This document shows, piece by piece, positions 12,727 through 24,900 of a DNA stretch of 64,000 bases. The stretch's first letter is position 1, and each line of letters opens with the position of its first letter. The stretch comes from Lytechinus pictus (taxonomy: Eukaryota). Below the pieces are notes generated by a model. That model had not been told where the DNA came from and did not search any database. It was given only the letters and a program-made list of their open reading frames with translations. The stretch spans positions 47,988,001 through 48,052,000 of the forward strand of contig NC_087249.1 in NCBI RefSeq assembly GCF_037042905.1. Reading direction: 5' to 3'. The translations under genes and the position numbers were made by a program.

Positions 12727-12878
12727 GTTATTGAATGCTGCCATGTCTGATTTATATACCATGTTAATTCCTCTGATGTTGTATTGTTATTGCATTATGT
12801 TCATATGTGAAATATGTAAAATAAAGGCAACCAATCATGATCAATCAATCTCAACCTCAAGTCGGTCAGTCAGAGCGT

Positions 12879-13409
12879 CCCCCCCCCGGGGGGGGGGGGG
12901 TACTCGACCAAAAAAGTGGGAGGTATGTGCCGCGGGCGAGACAAAAAACGGGGGCTCTGGATCGATCGGGCTTATTGTAAAAAGGAGGGTCCTCGGAACG
13001 GACTTCGGAACTACAAATGTTTGTGAAAACGGTGGTATATATAAGGTTTTTGGGAACGGGCATACGTACATAAAGCTAGCCCGGCGGCGCGGCACGGACG
13101 CCAGGCGGGCTCGCGCAGAGCTAGAAGTGATGGTAGAACAGCGCTCTGCGGCCGCTTTTAACCAAAATTGCAGCTCATCAATACGGCCGGAACGGCGTAA
13201 CCAAAATATGCGAAGCTTTGGAGCGGATTTCTTTCTTCTTTTTTTCTCGATAAGAAGAAAATGCTATGCTTTGGAGCGGCTTTCTTTGTTCATTTTCTCA
13301 ATAAGATGAAAATGCTATGCCTTGGAACGGAAATTTGAGTGTAAAAATGAGGTCCCCTCCGCGGTACATACCCATATCGCATTATATACTGAGTGCCCCC
13401 CCCCCGGGG
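12879..13409. mobile_element. MITE with CCCGGG-type termini
   Basis: TIR CCCCGGGGGG..GTACTC / GAGTGCCCCCC..CGGGG, same terminus type as 57328-57900. TSD unclear. Confidence 0.65.
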
Positions 13410-13809
13410 CGTAGCCTCATCTTCCGTCCCTTGGACCTTGTACTATCCTTTCCAAGCACTGTATGTTAATGTTGTTCCCCATATTGCAGTATACATCATT
13501 CCTATTTTGGGAATCATCTTTATTTGTGCAAAAAGAAATGTGCATTGTATAACCAGTGACGACAGTGTGGTCCTTTGTGAGGGGTTGGGGTTGAATGGGT
13601 ACCAACTTTTAATGTGTTGGTTTTTTTTTTTTTATAGAAGTCTATGGGCCCCTCTTTAAGTAGTGTTGAGGCAAGAGAAAGTCAATCGGTTGATAGTCAG
13701 TAATATTAATGTTTTAAAATCATATTTCGTTTTTTACTATAGGAACCTTAGGGCCTAGATTATATCTAGATATTTTGGATGATCGAATATCATAGGGGTA
13801 ATGACTAGG

Positions 13810-14000
13810 TTGCATATGTTGGTAAAGCGGGGGTTCGGAAGTACAGTGACCAGAGTTCATTTCCCACTTGGTGCTGTATATGGCCTTTGGGAACTGAAGG
13901 CATTTTCCCTCATTGCCATGTCCCTCGGAGAGGACCCAAACCTTCAGTCCTCCGGTTACTTGCTTACAAGCATTCATGCTTTCTTGGCAATCATGTAAAA
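13810..14000 (+). mobile_element. Degenerate SINE (family A)
   Basis: Homologous to 3666-3872 (GTCCCTCGGAGAGGACC...TTGCTTACAAGCATTCATGCTTTCTTGGCAATC). Confidence 0.75.
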
Positions 14001-14042
14001 TTCACATCACCAGGGAGCGGTTAGAACGGCGCAACCATGGTA

Positions 14043-17000
14043 TAGTAGACTTGTTAACTGCAAAAAAAGGGGTGAACGCTGCATTTTTGAGTACAAATGT
14101 CCCACTTGGCACAAATGTTCCTTGAGTCAAAAGAAAAGGATTCATCCAAAGAGACACGCTGTATCTATGCAAATAAGCAAGTAATTTGCATAAATTTGCA
14201 TATTATGTCGATATAGTAAAAACAAGTATTTCAGAATATATTTTAAACCAGAACTGCCCTTAAATTGGAAATAAAGACTTAGGGTAAGAAAGGGAAGAAA
14301 ATTGTCATAAAATAATTGGGACATCCTTGTTTATTATTACCTAATTTACATAAATTATGCAAATTATAATTTAAAACAGAGTATTTTTTCATGAATCCTG
14401 AACTGTTTTATAAATAACAGCAATTAATACACAATGTCAACATTCTACATGAAAGAGAATATATTAGCGAAAACATCGATATGCTTCATGACAGTATTAG
14501 TGTCTTAATTTGCTTAGAAAGAGGGCAAATATGTCCAAATGTATGACGTGATATTGCGCTAAAACGAGACCAAAAACAACCTCTATGTCACAGTCACACT
14601 CACGAATCGGACAATAAAGCGATTAATGGTATGTCATTCGAGATAACACAATCTCAACACAATAGCTTCCATCGGCTTCTCGTATCGCTTTTGTTGGTGT
14701 GTCTGCCACACCGTAATCTATGGTATATACTGGCAAAATGCATTTCGGTATCGGTAAAACACTATTAATTTAGTTTTATTTGTTTCTAATTTGTTTCTCT
14801 TGGAAAATTTACAGGAGACATTGCTTTGCAGGTTACTGCTTTAATGAAGCTCTGGCACATGAATCATGACGAATGTACCCCACCTCAATCCATATTTTAA
14901 CTTTGTTAAAATATATATCTTTTGGAGACCCCAAAGTGGCAAAACTGCATTCCCCGCGGCATTCCCGCTACTTTACAAAACCAATTTGACTTGTATTATC
15001 GACTTGGAAAAGACAGATGTATGAGACATCAGTTAACATGTTTCCAGAAGATAGTTTTTTTTTATTTAAGCCTACGTCCATGGGAGCCCTCCGAATTTAC
15101 CCCATCCCCTCTCTGTATTTCGACACTAAATAAAAAAAATATATCGTGTTTTAAAGCCACCGGCAAGGCAAATTGCGTTTTTGGTATAATAAAGCAACTT
15201 TTATATCTATATTTCATATTTATCTATATTAATATTATTATTATCATTAATATTATTATTATTATTATTGTTATTATTATTATTGTTGTTGTTGTTTTGC
15301 AGTTTGTAATAATGCTCTAGCACAGTAAAGGCTATAACCCAACAGGAGCATGCCTAGGATACCCTTTCCCCTTTTGGTTTTATGTATTCAAAATAGTTTA
15401 TTGTCTTTAGAACTCATATCTTGGAATAGATTGAGGTGAAAATACTCTACAATTGACATGTAGAAGAGCTGTGGTACATTGAAGAAAAGCCACACGTAAG
15501 CTCTAAAATACCCCTTTATTGATTCCACTCTATGTTAAATTTAAATATTTTTAGAGTCCATTCGGAAGAAAGATACATTTCTACTACACACAGTAAAGCC
15601 TCTTTACTTTCTCCTCTTGAAAAAAAAAACATAGAAGGCATTGTTTTATATCGCATAAAATAAGTTCGTGGAAAAGGGCACTTATTAAAGGCAGCATCTA
15701 CATTATATAGAGGAGGCCCTGGTACTTGGAAGCGGGGGCTGAAGCACCCGCAATATTTTTCTGAAGGGGGGGGGGGGGGCTGTGCTGCGTGTGTTATTCT
15801 CCATAGACAGCACCCCCTGGAATTCCGGCAGATGTGACAAAACGAAAAAAAGAAACGTTACCAAAAAAAAACCCCTTAATTTTGTAGTGCAATCTATTTT
15901 GTTTATTTGCTTGTTAAATTTCTTAATGTTAATTTGAAAAGCAAAAAAGTTTCAATGTAAAATTTTGGTCCGAAGAAATTTAACAAGCTTCAGCCCCCTC
16001 TTCCCAGTACCAGGGCCTCCTCTATATTATGTAGATGCTGCCTTTAATAAGTGCCCTTTTCCAGATGAGGGTTTCATTTAGACGATATTCTAAATATATA
16101 TTGTCGAAACAACATAAACGGTTGGGCAACTTCGACAGGCCGCCGTCACGTACACGAACTTATTTTAAGAGATATAAAACAATGCCTTCTATGTTTTTTT
16201 TTTTTTCAAGAGGAGAATGCAAAGAATATAAAGATATAGATATAAAAGTTGCTTTATTATACCAAAAAACGCAAACGCAACGCCGATGGTTTTAAAACAC
16301 GATATTTTTTATTTAAAGTCGAAATACGGAGAGGGGATGGGGTAAATTCGAAGGGCTCCCGTGGGCGTAGGCTTAAATAAACCAAAAAAAAAACTTTCTT
16401 CAGGAAACATGTTGACTGATGTCTCATACATCTGTCTTTTCCAAGTCGATTATACAAGTCAAACTGGTTTTGTGGCGGGAATGCAGGGGGATGCAGTTTT
16501 GCCACCTCGGGGTCTCCAAAAAATATGTATTTTAATAAAGTTAAAATATGGATTGAGGTAGTATACATTCGTCATGATTCATGTGCCAGAGTTTCATTAA
16601 AGCAGTAACCTGCAAAGCAATGTCTCCTGTAAATTAGAAACAAATAAAACAAAATTAATAGTGTTTTACCGATACCGAAATGCATTTTGTCCGTATGTAT
16701 CATAGATTACGGTGTGGCAGACACACCAACAAAAGCGATACGAGAAGCCGATGGAAGCTATTGTGTTGAGATTGTGTTATCTCGAATGACATACCATTGA
16801 TCGCTTTATTGTCCGATTCGTGAGTGTGACTGTGACATAGAGATTGTTTTGGTCTCGTTTTAGCGCAATATCACGTCATACATTTTGACATATTTGCCCT
16901 CTTTCTAAGCAAATTAAGACACTAATACTGTCATGAAGCATATCGATGTTTTCGCTAATATATTCTCTTTCATGTAGAATGTTGACATTGTGTATTAGTT

Positions 17001-17368
17001 GCTGTTTTTTAAAAGCAGTTCAGGATTCATGAAAAAATACTCTGTTTTAAATTATAATTTGCATAATTTATGTAAATTAGGTAATAATAAACAAGGATAT
17101 CCCAATTATTTTATGACAATTTTCTTCCCTTTTTTACCGTAAGTCTTTATTTCCAATTTTAGGGCAGTTCTGGTTAAATATTTATTCTGAAATACTTGTT
17201 TTTACTATATCGACATAATATGCAAATTTATGCAAATTACTTGCTTATTTGCATAGAGACAGCGTGTCTCTTTGGATGAATCTTTTTCTTTTGACTCAAG
17301 GAACATTTGTGCCAAGTGGGACATTTGTACTAAAAAATGCAGCGTTCAACCTCTTAACAAGTCTACTA
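14043..17368. mobile_element. Foldback (long-IR) non-autonomous element, Academ-like
   Basis: Termini TAGTAGACTTGTTAA / TTAACAAGTCTACTA with 3-bp TSD GTA (14040-14042, 17369-17371). Arms 14043-15745 and 15987-17368 are highly similar reverse complements apart from arm-specific insertions (~15215-15600, ~16063-16153). Confidence 0.85.
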
Positions 17369-17981
17369 GTACATTCTTAAACTCAACAGCAGGCATGGGT
17401 AGTGTCGGGGGGGGGGGGGTGTACGGGCCGGGGACAGCTCCCCCTCTCAGATTTCAAATTTGTACATCGGCCTATGAGAGAGGGTCGTCTCCCCCTAACA
17501 TGTTAATTAATTTCAAGAATTCTCCCCGTATAATGGAAAATATAGAAGGTAATAATATAGATGCTGCGGATTTAGTTTTTTGCTTGGATATTAATATTGG
17601 AAATTCGAGTGATATGTTCTCCGTCAGCACGCCCCCCCCCCTCCTCATGACGCCTATACAATGACATGAACTTTGTGATATCGCTAAAATTTCCCTTTCT
17701 CAAAAGCAAGAGACAATATTGACTTTATTTCAGTGTCAATTTGATTATGCATTTCAAGGGTGACGACATACGGGCAGCACATCGACAACCATATTCCTGC
17801 TTTCTCTGAACATGCTGAAGGAGATACTGTATACGTTTAATATCTAGTCTCTAATCACTATTCACGGAATTCATATGTAGAAAACAAAATTATCGAACCA
17901 TTCCGAGTTTCCTCTGCGGCAATTAAAAGTTAGGAGCATATTTCCAGTGTTTGGGCAGATTTGAAAGGACAAAATAGGAAG

Positions 17982-18227
17982 ATGAGGAAGAAAATTATGC
18001 CAGCCAGAGTGAAAGCCTTTCTGTTGCTAGTCGCTGTATGCTTTTTCATGCTCTTATAGGCTTCACAGCGGCTTTGGAAAACGGTGCTCCGATTTCTGCA
18101 TGTGGCTATGTCATTCCACAGCACATAGGTCCTGCTGACACCATCATTCTTTCACAAAACCTTGGCAGTAGTCTTTACAGCTTCGCAGTTGAAGGCACGG
18201 AGTACCATCCAGCTGGTGACCTCCAAG
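17982..18227 (+). pseudogene. Third, divergent reeler exon 1 (copy C), inverted and apparently orphaned
   Basis: (MRKKI)MPARVKAFLLLVAVCF, frameshift at the T5 run 18042-18046 (or alternative ATG at 18038), then HALIGFTAALENGAPISACGYVIPQH...SLYSFAVEGTEYHPAGDLQ G|GTAGG. Has the reeler GAPxxAC motif and the same phase-1 donor. No + strand exon 2 found. Confidence 0.7.
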
Positions 18228-18962
18228 GTAGGAAGCGGTCGTCATCAGCGTTGTACAGTTGTTTGCCTAAGAACGTCGATCACCGACTCATCTGCATTGA
18301 CGGACAAACGACTTCAAACAAAGTCGAATTTTCATTTAATTTATTAAACGTTATTTAGTCTTCGTTGTTCTTTTGAGAAAAATTACCATTAGTAGTTTGT
18401 CTCTTTAAAGTAATGCCCTATCATTCGTTGCGCTTGTTTGTACTCCTAAAAATTGAAGACCTCTGTAATTTCATCAAAATCATTCCAGCTCCGCGCCTTT
18501 GTCATGTCATGGCTGAATATTTAATAGACTTGTTTTTTATATTAGGGCAAGAAATGTATATAATAATAATACATATGCTTGTATGACAATGAACAACTAT
18601 GATATAATTGCACGCATTTTCATTAATCATTATTTTCAAAATCCTTCTCATGAAGGATTAGGTTTAGTTAAACCTTTTCCTGATGAGCTTGAATTATTTT
18701 CTTTACTGTGTTACGCTAGTTGATTTTATTTACTCGTTTTGATCCAATGTTATAGGTCAGTAATTACTTATTTCGTTGAACAGGTGTAGTAAATTGCAAT
18801 ACGGGAATGTGGTCTCTTTTATGGTGGCTAAGCAAAGCAGGAGTAAGAAGACTATTAGTTATGGAAAAAGCAATAAATTTGCAATATACATATTCAAGCA
18901 TCGTGTTGTTGTAAGTCATTTGCTGCACAAGATCTGAAATAGTTATGAATGAAATATATATA

Positions 18963-19951
18963 CAGTGCGTATCAAAAAAAAGTTTACACTTAGAAAAAAT
19001 CCTGTAAAATTATACATTTGTAATATCCTGAAGATTTTTCCACATTTTAACATTGGTACAGATCCATTTAAGCAAATGGCGAAATAACTGTCGAAAAATA
19101 TTTCCGCTTGAGTGAGCACCACTTACTTTTGAAAAGTTAGTGAAAAATGATTTGCGCAGAATTTTGAAATAGTTATGCGAATAATAGTAGACCTTAATCA
19201 TGAAGAACACGCTGAATTTAGCTAGTAAAATTGATTTGAAGATATCTTTTACCTTTTTAACTTGTTTCCTTGCCCAAAACACTTTGAAGAGTGCATTGCG
19301 CCCCACCCCACCCCCCCCACACACCGAGGCCATCGTGACGATATTTGCTTTACACTGAGCTGTGATTTACATGAAATGGCTTAGGCTTGATTTTCATTTT
19401 GTTATTCATTGTCAAGCTTGGAAAGGGTGTGGAGAAACAAGTATTAAATAAAAAATGAAATGTAAACCCACTTTAAAATATAAAAACTTAGTCAAAAAAT
19501 GCTGGAGGTGTCTGATATAAACTTTTGTTCAGATTTAGTTATGTCCTCATATCCAGCTGGCACAAAAAGGGTAAAAGTTGTGCTTACTAAGTGTTGTAAT
19601 TTCAATTTGGGTGGCAAAATTGTTACAAAATGCTTGAATGTATCTGTTTTATTTCAATTGACTAAAAGTGCAAGGGAAATGTTTGAGAAATGTTTCGCAG
19701 GGTAAATTTGATTTCGCCATTTCCCCTTGACACAGCGTGAAAACGAGCATTTCTGCGCAAACAGATTTCTGCGAGCTTTACAAAAATGGACAGAGCTCAC
19801 TCAAGTGTAACATTCTGTCAAAACTTTTACTTTGGCATTGGATAGATGAGACCCAAACCTAAGATTATATGTGAAAGAATTACCCACATGTTGTATACTT
19901 TTTAATTTCCAGGGCTTTTTCAAAGTGTAAACTTTTTTTATATACGCACTG
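18963..19951. mobile_element. Tc1/mariner-type non-autonomous element
   Basis: TA|CAGTGCGTATCAAAAAAAAGTTTACACT ... AGTGTAAACTTTTTTTATATACGCACTG|TA: TA TSD and CAGT termini. Confidence 0.9.
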
Positions 19952-21957
19952 TATAGCATTGCGAAATTCACCTGACTGTACTTCCACTATTACGTAGTAA
20001 CTAGCTATGACCTAAATATTTGATTCAAGGAGCGTGGAAATACGACGAAAAATGTGAACAGTCAGCAATCGACATGATAAAAATTGTTGTTTACGTCTAA
20101 ATTTATATAAGTAAATCTTGGAGATTGTTATTTTCTGGGTCATAGCCCACAGTAAATGTTACTTACAAGGAGGGCGCCAAGGGAGGGGGGAGGGGCAATG
20201 ATCAAGAAACAAGTGCGTAGAAATTACGGAAGAAAGACGGGAAAAAATCAGATCTTGGCCTTTTTAATTCTAAGATACTTGAGAAATAATGATTGAAAAA
20301 AATACGATCTAACAATAAGATCATTTTGACCTCTCCCCTGGGGCTCCGTTGCAGAAATAGTTACGTTTAAACGAAACTTTAAAAAACATCAAGTGCAAAT
20401 CCTAATTTCAAGCTGTATTTTTGTCCTTACATTGTACGATCTTTGTGTGTTTTAATGAATAAATGAATAAATAATAATAATAACAACAATAACAATAATA
20501 ACAATACGCGCATTTGACTGGTTAAAAGTAAAGTTGCGTTGGGGCTTTTTTTGCCGCGTTTGATCGCATTCCTTTCTCCAATGTGTCCTGATGGACGGGT
20601 GTTGTCCCTAATTATTCTAGGTATTAAACACTGATTTTAAAAAATGCCTTGAATGAAATAACTGAAAAGTGCATACGAAGAATGATTAGTGATATAGAAT
20701 CTTTTAAATATAATTCATCTCTCACACATTATGTACATCTTCTAAGAGTACACAAAGCAACCAAAAGGGAAAATAATATGACTTGAACAAAAAAAAAGAA
20801 AAATCAGACGAACAAAAAAAATGACAATTTGATTAAAATCAGACAAGGAATAACATAGTTATGGCATTTTAAAGACTTGCATTATTCCGGTGAAACAGTT
20901 CTAGACATGTCTTCATGAATATTCAATGAGCAAACTGAGTACTGATGATGTCATATCCCCACTCTTTTATCTTATTACATGAAATTAGGTTTGTTCATTT
21001 TTCCCCCTCAAGAACCCCAAAATTTGAATGACAACTGATTTAATGAATTAAATATTCATTGTTTCAATTTATTTCATTAAAAAGTAGACATATCATTCAC
21101 ACATGTACAAAAAAAATTAAACAATTTTGATTTCGTGTAATAACATAAGAAAGAGAAAGTGGGAATGTGACATCATCAGCCCACCTAATGAATATTCATG
21201 ACAACATACATATAACCGTTTTCACAATATATTGCTAAACTTTAAAGAAAAATCAATAACTTCGCTATTTGTTATCAGACTTTGATGAAATTTTCAGCAA
21301 TATGCTTTGTGAATTTTACTGTATTTATTTAGATAAAAATATTTTAGCCCGGAGTAGTTTTTATCAGTAAAATCGAACCGGAAAAAGGGTTTTCATTCAC
21401 TCAAGTGTCCGAATATCTACCCCATCCTATATAAAAATGAATAATACCAAGTATGTTCGCTATAAGAGAAAGTTAAAAAATAATAAGTTGATTTGAACTG
21501 AAATATAAAAGCAATCGAAATCTTTGCCTTTGCATTCTTGAAAGTTAAGCTATGTATTCTGTTAAAATCTACGATTTAGAGTTACGTTAAGAATATAAGA
21601 ACAAGCAAATTGAATAGAAAATGAGATTAAGAGTGATACCAATTTTTTGATAAATTATACAGAATACAAAAATGCAGTGAAAAACATACAGGGTACCAAG
21701 AATAAATTGTACACTGTAAACGTTAACACTTTAAAAGGAGGTGATAAACTATGCTGGAAATCACAAGATCCGAACGTAGCTATCATAGAGTCTGATGAAT
21801 GATATATGATATGGAAGTATACAATTCATTAGATTTATGACTGGGATTTTTTCCCCCGGATGTAGTTCTCATTTTTCCTATTACAGTGATGTTAATTAAT
21901 AGTGCACAATGCAGATTCCTGTAATTCTAGAGTGCGTATATTACGTATCGTCTATAA

Positions 21958-24900
21958 TCATTCCGATGTCTTGTAAAACAGTGCAACCATCAAAGAGATG
22001 ACCAGTACACCGATGTTGACTTGAAGACATCCAGCTGCAAAAATGAAAACAAAGAAAACATGTAATACCAATTTTAGGAATGTTTTTAATGTACGATCCA
22101 CTCGTGGGATAAGCACATAATGATATTGAAGGGAAGTTGAAATAAATTTAACCCTTTATCATGTTTATTCGACATTACTGTACTCAGTATAAATTCCAAT
22201 TTTGAAGTTAGACGGGCATTGCTCACCGATTAGTTGAAAATTAATGTTGGGCATAAGGGCCAAAACAAACGTTTTCCAATCTTTATTTCAGTCAAACAAT
22301 AATGAGAAAGTATGTTGATGTAGATTTCAAGTAAACTAAAAAAAATTAGACAAAAAGTGATTTATGAATTTTCGAATGTTCCTTCTGTTACGGTGTGAGC
22401 AGCTGACCCCTAAATCGATTCCCCACCGTGGATCATAATGCTTAAATTGTTGTTCATAATAAAGAACCTTGAATGAAAATGGCTAAAATAAAAATTCAAT
22501 TTTCTGAGAAAATTGAATCTTAACATATTATGACTGATTCTGATCAATCGATTTCGGCTGTCGTATGAGCCTTCAACACAACTTGATATAACTTAACAAG
22601 TAAACTTTCATTCTCCGCGGTTGTAAGGGGTTTACTTACCTTTGCATGTGATTACGGATGACGTCATGTCGACGTAGAAAGTTGAATGACCGAGGGCTAC
22701 CGATCCTCTACAAAATAAGTTTTAGATAAAAGAAAAAGAAAGAGATAAATGCTACGTTAATAGTATGGATAGGCTTCAAAACAAACATACACATTTTAGT
22801 CTATTCTAATCATAATGAAATCATGTGAATGAAGATCGAGGCTCTGCTGACAGATCATTTATTTGATATTTTGTTAGCGTACGACAAAGTTCTGACTTCT
22901 CAGAAATTCTGCTGCACAGATGATAGAGTTGTTGTGATGAGAGTAGATTAGTATCCCGTAATAAGTAACCAACTGGAATAAAATTATTGGAAATTGTTTT
23001 TTGACTGATTTGAGTAGGTATGGGTGTCAACATTTACCAAAAAAAGTTAGGAGGAATACGGGTTGGGGAAAGTGCTTTTTTTCAAGGTCAAAGGTCAATG
23101 ACCTTTTCATATATACTGTATAATGGTATCTCAGCGATGGAAAGGCGCAGGTTGGTGATAATGGTGTCAAAATGCACAAATTCTTACCAGAATATCAAAT
23201 AAAATATAATTAAGTACCCAAAATGCACATTTGCCGATAAAATTCAAGGTCAAAGCCTTTCAAAGGTCATTGACCTTTTTAACATTATATACCATATACG
23301 GTATAATGGTATCTCTGAGATGAAAAGGCGAAGGTTGGTGATCTTGGTGTCAAAATGCACAGATTTTTACAAGATCAAATAAAATCAAATCAAGTAGGAT
23401 GGGGGTCGGGTGTCCGGACACTTTAATATTTTTGAAGCCTTCTTTTTTGTCTTTGGATTACACTAAAAATACGAATTCAATAGTTGTAATCATCTTCTAT
23501 TTTGTTGTCTATAATATTTTGTACTAAAAGTTGATGAAACTTCGCTTGTAAATTTTTCCAAATGACTTTCTAAAATTGATCGTCCGGACACACAACCTGT
23601 CCGGACACACAACAACTGGGTATACCTACAATGCTCATTCACCAATGAAATTCAAGGTCAAAGCCTTTCAAAGGTCAATGACTTTTTTTTTTTTTAATTA
23701 TATACCATATAGGTATAATGGTATCTCTGAGATGAAAAAGGCACAGGTTAGTGATTTTGGTGTCAAAATGCAGAGGTTCTTACAGGAAGATCAAATAAAA
23801 TGAAATTAAGTACCCAGCATGCATATTAAAGTTGTCTAAAGTAGCAGCAATTAGATATTCATTTTATAAATCTAAATCAAGGTACTTATTTCTCTGTAGC
23901 AATAGGTCACTAACCCCAAACGCTACAATAAATACTATAAACTATAACTTAATCTGTAAATGGAAAGGATAGGCATCATCCAAGAACATTTTCATAAAGC
24001 CAGGGACAATGATGAAGAATTAAAATAAGGCAATCATTCAAGCTGCAGCTTTTGTCATAGTAAATGAAGTTAAGTGTCTCAACTTCAGCAAAGAGTAATT
24101 AAACTCTTGAAAACCTTCTGACATTTTCAGGACTTTGATCTGGCCTATTCAATGAAAGCCTAATGCTCTGTCAAGGAATATCAGACCAGGATCTACATTA
24201 TTACTGATATGTTGCACAGCTTGATTCTCAAGAACTGGAAGTGGTGCTGTAGGAGTTTTGTTAGGTCGATGAATGTGTACTTGTAAGCTATTATCTCATT
24301 TTGAATTTCATTATTATATGTCTAATTTGTGCATGATAACTATCTGTTGTTCTGGACCAAATACATGATCCTTGTACAAGCTGATACCTAGTAGAAATAA
24401 CATCATGGGTGATGTACGGCAGCTAGAGAGCAGATATGAAGTTTTGCCTGCAGCAATAGCATCTCAAGAGATTCTGGTAGCTCGCAATGAGAGGTAATTA
24501 ATAATAATACGGGAATTCATCTCTGTTGAAGTTGAGATACATGCCATTTACTATGACAAAAGCTGCAGCTCTAATTATGTCCTTCATTTCATCTTCATCG
24601 TCATCCCTCTGCTGTTTGGAAATGCTCTCAGATGATGCTAGCTGTGACATGAGAGTTAGACCTATCCTATCCATTTTCAGAAGATTAAACTAATAGTTTA
24701 TAGTAATTATATAGCATTGAGGTGAGTGGACTATCGCTGGAGAGAAAAAGACACGACAACCTTGATTTAGATATTATGATGCATTAAATGCTGCTAGTTA
24801 AGATAAAAATCAAATCAAATTATATATTTGATTAAATTTATTTTTATTTTCATTGCTTTTGGCAATGCATCGCGATATGAAGAAGTAATATTTGGTTATC

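Noticed and set aside
12725-13309. 194-aa ORF
   Set aside because: Runs through a MITE and homopolymer tracts, non-ATG start, no domain.
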